Translations under genes and position numbers: made by a program | Source of the DNA: a virus | Lineage: Duplodnaviria; Caudoviricetes | IMG/VR virus record: IMGVR_UViG_3300043681_000002 | Span: 1 to 24,712 of that record | Reading direction: 5' to 3' (one strand) | Length of the DNA: 24,712 nucleotides | Part shown: positions 15,861-23,326 of the stretch, piece after piece | Position numbering within the stretch: the stretch's first letter is position 1 | Layout: each line of letters starts with the position of its first letter | The notes under the pieces: model-generated | Told to the model about the DNA's origin: nothing | The model's input: the letters and a program-made list of their open reading frames with translations, nothing else | Database searches by the model: none

Positions 15861-16410
15861 TTATAATATATTATATATAATGAAGTTGTAGCTGGCTCAG
15901 GTTGTGGCTGAGCAGTAGACATGCCTATGCCCATGCAATCTACATAAGTTGTAGATGCCTGTGAGTGTGGACACTGCCGAGGGTTGAGGTTGGGCAATGC
16001 CCACACTCAGAGACGTGCACGGATGCGGGAGCTAACCGCTGACAATTGTCGAGCCCTTGTAGTCTGCACGTTTCACGGCGAATGTCCACACCGAAGTTGA
16101 CCATAGCCTCATTTATTTGTGACGTCCACAGAGACAGAGCCACGGGCCACGGACAAATTGGGGTGCCTGTCGCCCATAATTCGTGGCACATAATGTTGTA
16201 ACATCAAGTTGTTGTGTTGTGGCCTTATATAGATAAAGGGGTTGTCGGCACGGATGATTTCATGGTTGGGATCGTGTGTGGCGAGTAAGTGTGTGCGCTG
16301 CGCTAGTGTCGTTACCTGCATTCGCGTTATCATCGTGACGATGGATATGACTAACGTCATGGATATGGCCGCGCGGCTGCGCCGCGCTGTTTGCTGCCAG
16401 AATGTGGACG
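15861..16410. other. Structured non-coding region (candidate ncRNA or origin)
   Basis: AT-only palindrome followed by at least seven hairpins; no convincing ORF; lies between a terminator and a promoter. Confidence 0.5.
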
Positions 16411-16411
16411 C

Positions 16412-16443
16412 AAAAAAACCCCCGCACCTTTCGATGCGGGGGC
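16412..16443 (-). terminator. Rho-independent terminator
   Basis: Minus strand GCCCCCGCATC-GAAA-GGTGCGGGGGT followed by a T run, about 20 nt after the stop at 16465. Confidence 0.92.
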
Positions 16444-16464
16444 TGGTAGTGTGGCGGTGGTAGG

Positions 16465-17409
16465 CTAGGCTGCCTTAGTCTTCTTCGCCTTCGACTCAGG
16501 CACGATGCGTTCGTCTGCATCCTTCATATCGCGCGGCGTCATCCAGTCGGGACCGGCTTTGAATTCATCATACTTACGCATCATGTCGCTAAGCAGGTTC
16601 CACATTTGCGGGCCATCACAATGACGCATCAAGCTAGTGCCCATGTCCTTAACCATCAGTTGATGCGCCGCAGTGATAAGCGTTGCAAGACTGATACCGT
16701 TCGCAATGTCAGTGACAGTAGCCTTAGCTAAGATAGCTTGCTTCTCAGCCTTGGTTTCCTTGCCTGGTTCGCTGTCCTTCTTCTCTGCGCCTTTCGTCCC
16801 TTCAGTCTTAGGCACAACGCAGTCAAGCATATGCTTAACACTAGCTTGCGTCGTCGCAACAATCTGTGTCTTCGTCATGTATGCGATAGGCGAGCGATCA
16901 AGTGGCAAGCGTTGCTCTTTAGCAAGCCGTGCGATAGGCGTGCAGTCCGCAGGTAATAGCAATTCACTAGGGACCGAATACACTCCCTTGCTGACGTTGA
17001 ATGCGGTATACATAACGTTCTTGCTTGCAAGCACAATTGCGATCCATGCGCCACGCTTAACCAAGTTGGATTTAGTCCGCCATGCGTCAATCTCCTTAGC
17101 ATACTGCGGAACGGGAATGCCTTTGTGATTAGGCATTTTGCCAGCATACTCATGGACCATCTTAGCAAGTATCGTCTTCTTGTGTTCTGCGTTCGTATAA
17201 GCAAGATGCAGACTCACTTGCTTGTTGCCATTAGCAAGCATGTTGCTAATCGTGCATTGCACTACGTATGCCATGCGTTGCTCAGCCGTGCTACGCTTAC
17301 TGTCTGCGGTATTCGTATCAGTGAATGCCAGTTCAGCTTGCTTATGGATTGTCTCATTGCTTGGCAGCATAGCAAGTGAAACAGCCGCTTGTGTTTTCGC
17401 GTCGCTCAT
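16465..17409 (-). CDS. Hypothetical protein (314 aa), monocistronic first early gene
   Basis: Own promoter and terminator; GAGGA SD before MSDAKTQ (track start 17457); no recognisable motif. Confidence 0.85.
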   Translation of the reverse strand: MSDAKTQAAVSLAMLPSNETIHKQAELAFTDTNTADSKRSTAEQRMAYVVQCTISNMLANGNKQVSLHLAYTNAEHKKTILAKMVHEYAGKMPNHKGIPVPQYAKEIDAWRTKSNLVKRGAWIAIVLASKNVMYTAFNVSKGVYSVPSELLLPADCTPIARLAKEQRLPLDRSPIAYMTKTQIVATTQASVKHMLDCVVPKTEGTKGAEKKDSEPGKETKAEKQAILAKATVTDIANGISLATLITAAHQLMVKDMGTSLMRHCDGPQMWNLLSDMMRKYDEFKAGPDWMTPRDMKDADERIVPESKAKKTKAA

Positions 17410-17468
17410 TGGTTCAGTCCTCAGTGATATGCCGATACCAATGCGGTAGGGCTTCAATCACTATGCAT

Positions 17469-17497
17469 ATAATAGGCTTACTCAATCGGTATGTCAA
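17469..17497 (-). promoter_or_regulatory. Sigma70 promoter
   Basis: TTGACA-TACCGATTGAGTAAGCC (17 nt)-TATTAT with A-rich UP-like sequence upstream. Confidence 0.85.
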
Positions 17498-17511
17498 CTA
17501 TTTATTTTACC

Positions 17512-17548
17512 CAATGCAATGCAATGCAACGCTAGGCCATGCAACGCT
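17512..17548. repeat. Short tandem and direct repeats
   Basis: (CAATG)x3 then CAACG; ATGCAACGCT at 17524 and 17539. Confidence 0.7.
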
Positions 17549-17968
17549 TGTCTCAGCACATGAGAGCATAAGGCTTATCCCATAGCATGAGACGGCAATG
17601 CATGTTCTATGGCTATGGGATTATTCTAATAAATAAAATGGCGGTAATGCATAAGGGCTTATATAGTATAGCACATGTAAGCATTGAGTGTATCTGCGTA
17701 CGTTAATGTAATGAGCAAGTACAGGTTGTTCATGGATTCCTGCGCTCGTCATGCTCAGCCTCACATATGCATGACATGATTAGCCACGGGACTGTGCATA
17801 TACTATACCGTTACTTTATCATATCATGTGCAGTGCATAGCATACCATGCCCCCGTGTATCCCCTCCCATTTCCCAAACATGGGTATATTATAAGGCTGC
17901 CACACGCTCTCGCTAGCTTAGCCACCCCCGAGTTACTGCTGAACTTTGCGCTGCATACAACTGCTATT

Positions 17969-17997
17969 TTGCAATGCGTTATACTATTATATAGTAT
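17969..17997 (+). promoter_or_regulatory. Candidate promoter for the packaging arm, overlapped by a palindrome
   Basis: TTGCAA-17 nt-TAGTAT; inverted repeat TATACTAT-TAT-ATAGTATA at 17980-17998. Confidence 0.45.
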
Positions 17998-18136
17998 ATG
18001 GGTTATGGGATTATGTATGTATTAGGGTGTTATTTATCTAGTACAAGATCCTGCCTTTGTTCTTGACATGTGCTAATGCCAGTAGCCGCCACTCATGCGA
18101 TGTGCAATGATCTGAGCAGGAATAAGGAGGATGCAG

Positions 18137-18583
18137 ATGGCTACTTATGGTCTCGGCACGAATGGGTTTGTGCAATTCACTGGATATACGAATACACTTG
18201 GTGCTGGTGCCGCTAATGCCGGTGCGACCACTGGATATGTGCAATTCAATGGTATTCAGCAAGGTGATGACCGCATCGTTAAGATGTTGCGTAATGGAGG
18301 TGGAACGATTGCCTCCACTCGTATCCTGTATACTTTGCTGGGTCAGGCAGTCGGAGTGAATGCGACACAAACTAAGAAGCAGATCAAGTGGGAACAAGGT
18401 TCTCCTGGTGGTTTAATTCCAGTTGAAACCATTAACATCGTCAACCGTGCAACGAATGCGAATGATCTTGCTGCTTGGCAGTCTTTGATCTCGCGTGTGG
18501 TGCAGCCTTCAACTTATCCACCTGACCTGAGTGGTAATGGTGGTGGTGGTAAGCAAGCTATCAGCGGTGGAGGTGCATACTGA
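18137..18583 (+). CDS. Gly-rich hypothetical (possibly virion) protein
   Basis: TAAGGAGG SD 6 nt before ATG 18137; first plus-strand gene; TGATG coupling. Confidence 0.8.
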   Translation: MATYGLGTNGFVQFTGYTNTLGAGAANAGATTGYVQFNGIQQGDDRIVKMLRNGGGTIASTRILYTLLGQAVGVNATQTKKQIKWEQGSPGGLIPVETINIVNRATNANDLAAWQSLISRVVQPSTYPPDLSGNGGGGKQAISGGGAY

Positions 18584-19539
18584 TGCCGCTAATTCCTAAA
18601 TTACAAGGCGTGACTTATGCCGGTTCTGGTCCGCAACCGTATCCGACCAGTCCTGGTCCTGGTGGTAGTGAGTATGGAGGTGAATGGGAAGCACCTATGA
18701 CTACGGGTGGTCCCGTTGTTAGTGGTATTCAGGAATATCTTAGGAAGTTGCAGAGCCAAGGCTTACCGCCTACACCACAGAATGTGAATCGTATTCGTGA
18801 AGCAACGAGTAATGGCGTTACTTTGCCGCGTCCACCTATTCCTCCAACGGAAGGTGCTACGAGTGCGCCACCCTCTCGTTCGATAACACCGAATGCGGCA
18901 AGTGATAGTGCGACACTCGCTTCTGGTGATGTGCGTGTTGGTATGCCACAGGTTGAAACGCCTGCTATATTGCCTGATGCTATGGGCATGATACCTGATA
19001 GTGCTGTTCCTGCTGCTGGTCTTGCTGCTGGTGCGCTTGGTGCTGGTGGATTGGGTGCACTTATTCTAAAGTTGTTGGGTGGTAATGTTCCTGCTATTAC
19101 ACCTACTGGTGCGACTTCGTTACCACCAACTGAAATGTCACCGCGTTTAGGTGGACCTGCGGCTAATCCTGCACTGAATGCACCTGATCCACGACTTGCG
19201 TTGCCTCCTGCTGAGGTATCACCACGTATCGGTGGTCCTGCTATACCGGCACAAGTAGAAGGTGCACGTGCTGGCACACCGCAATTAGCTGCTCCTGGTG
19301 AGCGTCCGCCTATTCCATTAGGTGCTGTGCCAACTGGTGAACCAACAATTCCATTGCCTGGGCCTGGAACAGTGCCGCGAGCAACACCAGAGACAACACC
19401 TAAAGGTCCAGGATTTGATCCTGAAGTTGGTAAGGCTATTGATAAAGCAGTAGAAGAACCACCTACGACACGTGCTAAACCAAGCCAGCGTGGTGCTCCT
19501 GGTAAGACAGCACGTGGGAAACTAAAGGTTCGTATCTAA
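18583..19539 (+). CDS. Pro/Gly/Ala-rich low-complexity protein with central hydrophobic segment
   Basis: 318 aa; GGAGGT SD; GLAAGALGAGGLGALILKLLGG; internal repeat LPPxExSPRxGGPA; coupled at both ends. Confidence 0.8.
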   Translation: MPLIPKLQGVTYAGSGPQPYPTSPGPGGSEYGGEWEAPMTTGGPVVSGIQEYLRKLQSQGLPPTPQNVNRIREATSNGVTLPRPPIPPTEGATSAPPSRSITPNAASDSATLASGDVRVGMPQVETPAILPDAMGMIPDSAVPAAGLAAGALGAGGLGALILKLLGGNVPAITPTGATSLPPTEMSPRLGGPAANPALNAPDPRLALPPAEVSPRIGGPAIPAQVEGARAGTPQLAAPGERPPIPLGAVPTGEPTIPLPGPGTVPRATPETTPKGPGFDPEVGKAIDKAVEEPPTTRAKPSQRGAPGKTARGKLKVRI

Positions 19540-20126
19540 TGCCTATGCCACGTATGAGTGATCCATTACGTTTAGCTGATGGATCGCTCGTTTATCCTGA
19601 TGGTCGTCTGGAAGCCGAAGCGCCTGTGCGTGTCGAGGTGCCGACGCCTGCTGAAGCACAACGCATTGTTGTAGCCGCTCGTCGCAAGCTGAGTGAATTG
19701 CCTGAAGTTCCTAAGACAATGAACGCCGTGAGCGTCATTCTCAGCTATACGCTGTTTGGTTTGGATGAGGAAGAGATCGCAATCGCAACGTCGCTGACCA
19801 TTGACCAGATTGGTCGAATGAAGAAGAGCGATGCGTATCAGCAAATGCATGATGCGATTGTGCGCAGTGTGCTGGATAGTGAAACCAGCGTTGTTCGCGA
19901 CTTGTTTGTGAAGAATGCGAAGAATGCCGCACAGGTGATCGTGCGTGCGATGGATGAAGGCACACGTGCTGATCGTATGGCTGCTGCGAAGGATATACTT
20001 GATCGTAGCGGTCATCGTCCTAGCGATGTGGTGGAACACCGGCATAAACTCGACGGTGGACTTGTGATTGAGATCGTGCGTAAGGAAATATCTACAATGC
20101 CTGTTATCGAGATGGAGAGTGAATGA
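19539..20126 (+). CDS. Putative terminase small subunit
   Basis: HTH-like GLDEEEIAIATSLTIDQI, helical middle, RMAAAKDILDRSG motif, C-terminal beta tail; upstream of TerL. Confidence 0.6.
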   Translation: MPMPRMSDPLRLADGSLVYPDGRLEAEAPVRVEVPTPAEAQRIVVAARRKLSELPEVPKTMNAVSVILSYTLFGLDEEEIAIATSLTIDQIGRMKKSDAYQQMHDAIVRSVLDSETSVVRDLFVKNAKNAAQVIVRAMDEGTRADRMAAAKDILDRSGHRPSDVVEHRHKLDGGLVIEIVRKEISTMPVIEMESE

Positions 20127-20422
20127 TGGCATTCGTTGCATCAGGAACTACTGCGACAATAACGAGCACGGCACTGTTCCCAATACCGAAGATTGCAGAT
20201 GTTAGTGGCAATTGTCCTCCTCTTATATTGTACTCACACGTGCAACTGACAAACACGGTTGCGGCTGGGACACTCACCATGCAAACTGATGCATCTCCTC
20301 AGGTGATCGTGGTTGCTGGTGTTGGTAGTGCAATTGCAGCAGTGCCACCGAATGCAACTACTGTAACCGTAGGAGTAGGAGCAGGAGGTTCTGGCACACT
20401 CATGTTTGGTAGACATTCTTAA
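20123..20422 (+). CDS. Small beta-rich hypothetical protein
   Basis: GGAG SD; ATGA and TAATG overlaps at both ends. Confidence 0.75.
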   Translation: MMAFVASGTTATITSTALFPIPKIADVSGNCPPLILYSHVQLTNTVAAGTLTMQTDASPQVIVVAGVGSAIAAVPPNATTVTVGVGAGGSGTLMFGRHS

Positions 20423-21972
20423 TGAGCACTAAACGATACAAGATAACCGAAGGTGGTATGCATGACCTGTTCCACCAGAGCAGGAAGAAGGTGCAGTTTA
20501 TCGGTGGTGGATTTGGTAATGGCAAAACCGCCGCGACTTGTATCAAGGCGTTGAAGCTATGCAAAGACTACCCAGGGTGCAATGGTCTGATAGCACGTTC
20601 CACTTATCCCAAGCTGAACGACACAATAAGGCGAGAGTTCTTGCAGTGGTGTCCTACTGCGTGGATCAAGCGTATGCCGAGCCGGGACGAAAACACGTTG
20701 CTGTTGAAGAATGGCTCAACAGTGAACTTCAGGTATGTTGCACAGCAAGGGAAACAGACCGAGGACTCCAAATCGAACTTACTTTCAGCCACCTACGATT
20801 GGATTGTGGTGGATCAGCTTGAAGACCCTGAGTTTAGTCACAAGGACTTCATGGATTTGATGGGACGGCTACGCGGCAACACCGAATATATGGGTGATGA
20901 CCCGAATATGCCGCGTGTTGGTCCGCGTTGGTTCATGGCTACGCTAAATCCGACACGGAATTGGTGTTATCGTGAAATCGTCAAGCCGCTGCATGATTTT
21001 ACTGAACGTGGTGTTGTAAATCCCAAGTTGCTTTGTGAAGTCGGTGATAATGGTGAGCCGTTGTTGGTGGATGGCAGGCCGATACCACTGATCGAGTTGT
21101 TTGAGGGCAGCACGTATGAGAATGTGGAGAATGTAGGTGAAGACTACATTCGCGGTATGCTCTCGACGTATACCGGATCGATGCGTGATCGATTTGTGTA
21201 TGGTAAGTGGGGTGCATTGAGCGGATTGATATATCCGCAATTCGATGAGACCGTGCATACGTTCAAGCATGAAGATGCACGCTTGTATCTGAAGCAGATG
21301 CGCATGATGGGCTATCAGCCGACGTTCATAGAAGGCTATGACCATGGCCTGTCACGGCATAGTTGCTATGGGTTGTTCTTCGCTGATGATGACAGCAACA
21401 TCATCCTGCTGGATGGATTTCGTGTAGCCGAGTTGCCTGTTGCTGGTGCAGCTAAGCTGATTGCGTCGATACGCGCTGAATATCGCATCGATGATGACGA
21501 ATTAGAGCCAGTGTTTGCTGATCCTGATGTGTTCAGGCGTAAGACTGGTAATGCACGCACTGTTGGTGAGACGGTTGCGAACATGTTCTTGGAAGAGGGC
21601 ATCAAGATGCAACGCGGTAACAGCGACATCAATGCTGGTATCGCGAAGAACTGGCAGTATCTTACGCCATTGGCGATGCATGAGAATCCGATCAATGGTT
21701 TCCATATGGCACCGCATTTCTACGTGTCAGACAACTGTCAGTGGTTCATTGATGAGATTACGGAGTATTACTTTCAACGCGACGGGAGTGACGAGACTAC
21801 TGATAAACCTGTTGATCGTAATGATCATGCTATGGACATGTGGAAGTATGCGATGAGTAAGCGTCCACGGTTGGCGCGGTATACTGGTAAACCAGATCAG
21901 GTTCCCGCATGGATGGCGTGGCATGAGATTGAGCGTGCTCAACGGAGTGGACCGAAGGCGAGACACAAGTAG
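20422..21972 (+). CDS. terL: Terminase large subunit
   Basis: Walker A GGGFGNGKT, LIARSTY, Walker B-like WIVVDQLED, coupling motif ATLNP, STYEN, GKWG...IYPQF, nuclease acidic residues GYDHG, ADP, DRNDHAMDMWKY. Confidence 0.93.
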   Translation: MSTKRYKITEGGMHDLFHQSRKKVQFIGGGFGNGKTAATCIKALKLCKDYPGCNGLIARSTYPKLNDTIRREFLQWCPTAWIKRMPSRDENTLLLKNGSTVNFRYVAQQGKQTEDSKSNLLSATYDWIVVDQLEDPEFSHKDFMDLMGRLRGNTEYMGDDPNMPRVGPRWFMATLNPTRNWCYREIVKPLHDFTERGVVNPKLLCEVGDNGEPLLVDGRPIPLIELFEGSTYENVENVGEDYIRGMLSTYTGSMRDRFVYGKWGALSGLIYPQFDETVHTFKHEDARLYLKQMRMMGYQPTFIEGYDHGLSRHSCYGLFFADDDSNIILLDGFRVAELPVAGAAKLIASIRAEYRIDDDELEPVFADPDVFRRKTGNARTVGETVANMFLEEGIKMQRGNSDINAGIAKNWQYLTPLAMHENPINGFHMAPHFYVSDNCQWFIDEITEYYFQRDGSDETTDKPVDRNDHAMDMWKYAMSKRPRLARYTGKPDQVPAWMAWHEIERAQRSGPKARHK

Positions 21973-22767
21973 ATGGCTGGCTTCGATGACATTGTTCGCA
22001 TGGCAATGCGTAGTGTTGGGATGGCACCGCCTGAACCTGACCCAAATGTGCCTGATGTGAGTATCGCACCACCGATGCGACAGTATCCTGGTGCACCTGA
22101 GGTTGAGGACGCACGCAAAGCTGATTTCAGCTATGGTAGTGGGAATGAAGGATTCAATGAAGGACGTGTTGCACGTAAATTGCAAATTGATGCACAAGGT
22201 GTTGGTACAAGACAATTAACCGATCCACGATTTGGTAAGACTACTAAGGGTGATCCACAACTGGCGCAGAATTATGAGGCTGCTCAACTTGCAGTTAATC
22301 GTTCACCGATCAGTGCACTTGGTTATGATCCACGAATGATAAATGTGGATGACAAATCTGGCCCGAATGTGAATATGTATGGGGCATACAGTCCTAACAA
22401 CGACGGTGTTTATTCTAATTCATCACAGCCCTCTAACTTGGTGCATGAATCAACACATCGTGGTCTGGAAAAGCTACGCACATCTGGTGTGTTGACACCT
22501 GAATTGGATAAGCGCCTGCCTCGTGATGAGGAAGACATTGTGCGCTATATCATGGCATCACAGATGGGTGATCCAGAAGGCGGTAAGGAAAACAAGTATC
22601 GCAATACCGCATTGTATAAATTCGGTGTGAGTCTAGGCGATCCAACACTGGTTGATCGTGGTGCGTTGAACAGACAACGTGGTGATGATTATCGTGCTGC
22701 ATTGGATGAGTTGACTAAGGCTGCGGCACAGCACCTGTATAAGCTGCATCCAGGAGGACCGAGATGA
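21973..22767 (+). CDS. Protein with zincin-like HExxH motif (putative metallopeptidase)
   Basis: YGAYSPNNDGVY strand, LVHESTHRGL, downstream DEEDIVR candidate third ligand. Confidence 0.65.
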   Translation: MAGFDDIVRMAMRSVGMAPPEPDPNVPDVSIAPPMRQYPGAPEVEDARKADFSYGSGNEGFNEGRVARKLQIDAQGVGTRQLTDPRFGKTTKGDPQLAQNYEAAQLAVNRSPISALGYDPRMINVDDKSGPNVNMYGAYSPNNDGVYSNSSQPSNLVHESTHRGLEKLRTSGVLTPELDKRLPRDEEDIVRYIMASQMGDPEGGKENKYRNTALYKFGVSLGDPTLVDRGALNRQRGDDYRAALDELTKAAAQHLYKLHPGGPR

Positions 22768-22952
22768 TCGACCTACTCGTATCACTGCTTATTCTCATAA
22801 TCGTGTTTGGTCTGATCTATTGGGTCATCACGCTTATACCGTTGCCTGCACCGTTTGCACAGATTGCACAGGTTGTGATCGCAGTGATCTTGTTGATCAT
22901 ACTGCTTAGCATGATCATTGGTATTACACCTCCTGTTGGTAGGTGGCGTTGA
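22764..22952 (+). CDS. Two-helix small membrane protein (holin-like, resembles Thivi_2564-type proteins)
   Basis: Two hydrophobic helices separated by IPLPAPF, basic C-terminus; AGGAGG SD. Confidence 0.8.
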   Translation: MIDLLVSLLILIIVFGLIYWVITLIPLPAPFAQIAQVVIAVILLIILLSMIIGITPPVGRWR

Positions 22953-23326
22953 TGCCCGGCGGTAACAACTTCGATGAGCATATACTCAAAGCATTAGGTC
23001 GTGTGAAATCTGATGCATATACAGAACTCCCAAAGGAATCTGAAGTCGGTATGGATCGAAGAGTGTTCGGTAGTAACGAGCAATCGCTGCAAGCACCATA
23101 CGATGAAGTCGTAAGGACATACGATAATCTATCGCCTATCTGGCTACCATGGAACCAGACCGCATATTTACGTGCAAGCCAAAAACTCAAAGATGCATCA
23201 GCCAATCCTGATTTACCACGCAATCGTATGTATGATCGGTGGCAGAATGAATATGATCAAGGCCAAAGCGACGCAGATATTATTCTGCAAGCTATGACAG
23301 AACGTGAACTGGCAGGACGCAAGTAG
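22952..23326 (+). CDS. Hypothetical protein
   Basis: AGGTGG SD and TGATG overlap (track start 22943). Confidence 0.75.
   Translation: MPGGNNFDEHILKALGRVKSDAYTELPKESEVGMDRRVFGSNEQSLQAPYDEVVRTYDNLSPIWLPWNQTAYLRASQKLKDASANPDLPRNRMYDRWQNEYDQGQSDADIILQAMTERELAGRK

Larger units (their letters stand above)
17500..18120. other. Divergent intergenic control region, candidate genome end/packaging site
   Basis: About 620 bp non-coding, AT-rich, with short direct and inverted repeats and C-tracts, between the early and packaging arms. Confidence 0.55.

Noticed and set aside
15940-16520. ORFs 15940-16191, 16109-16360, 16242-16463 and 16260-16520
   Set aside because: No convincing SD, atypical composition, mutually overlapping, and two cross the terminator; treated as non-coding.
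12-17449. Plus-strand ORFs of 60-171 aa across the minus-strand arm
   Set aside because: Shadows of well-supported minus-strand genes, with no recognisable motifs.
18063-18092. TTGACA at 18063 as the late promoter
   Set aside because: No acceptable -10 hexamer at 16-18 nt spacing.
15885-18120. tRNA or known riboswitch in the non-coding stretches
   Set aside because: No cloverleaf, T-loop consensus or familiar aptamer recognised by eye; an Infernal or tRNAscan run would be decisive.
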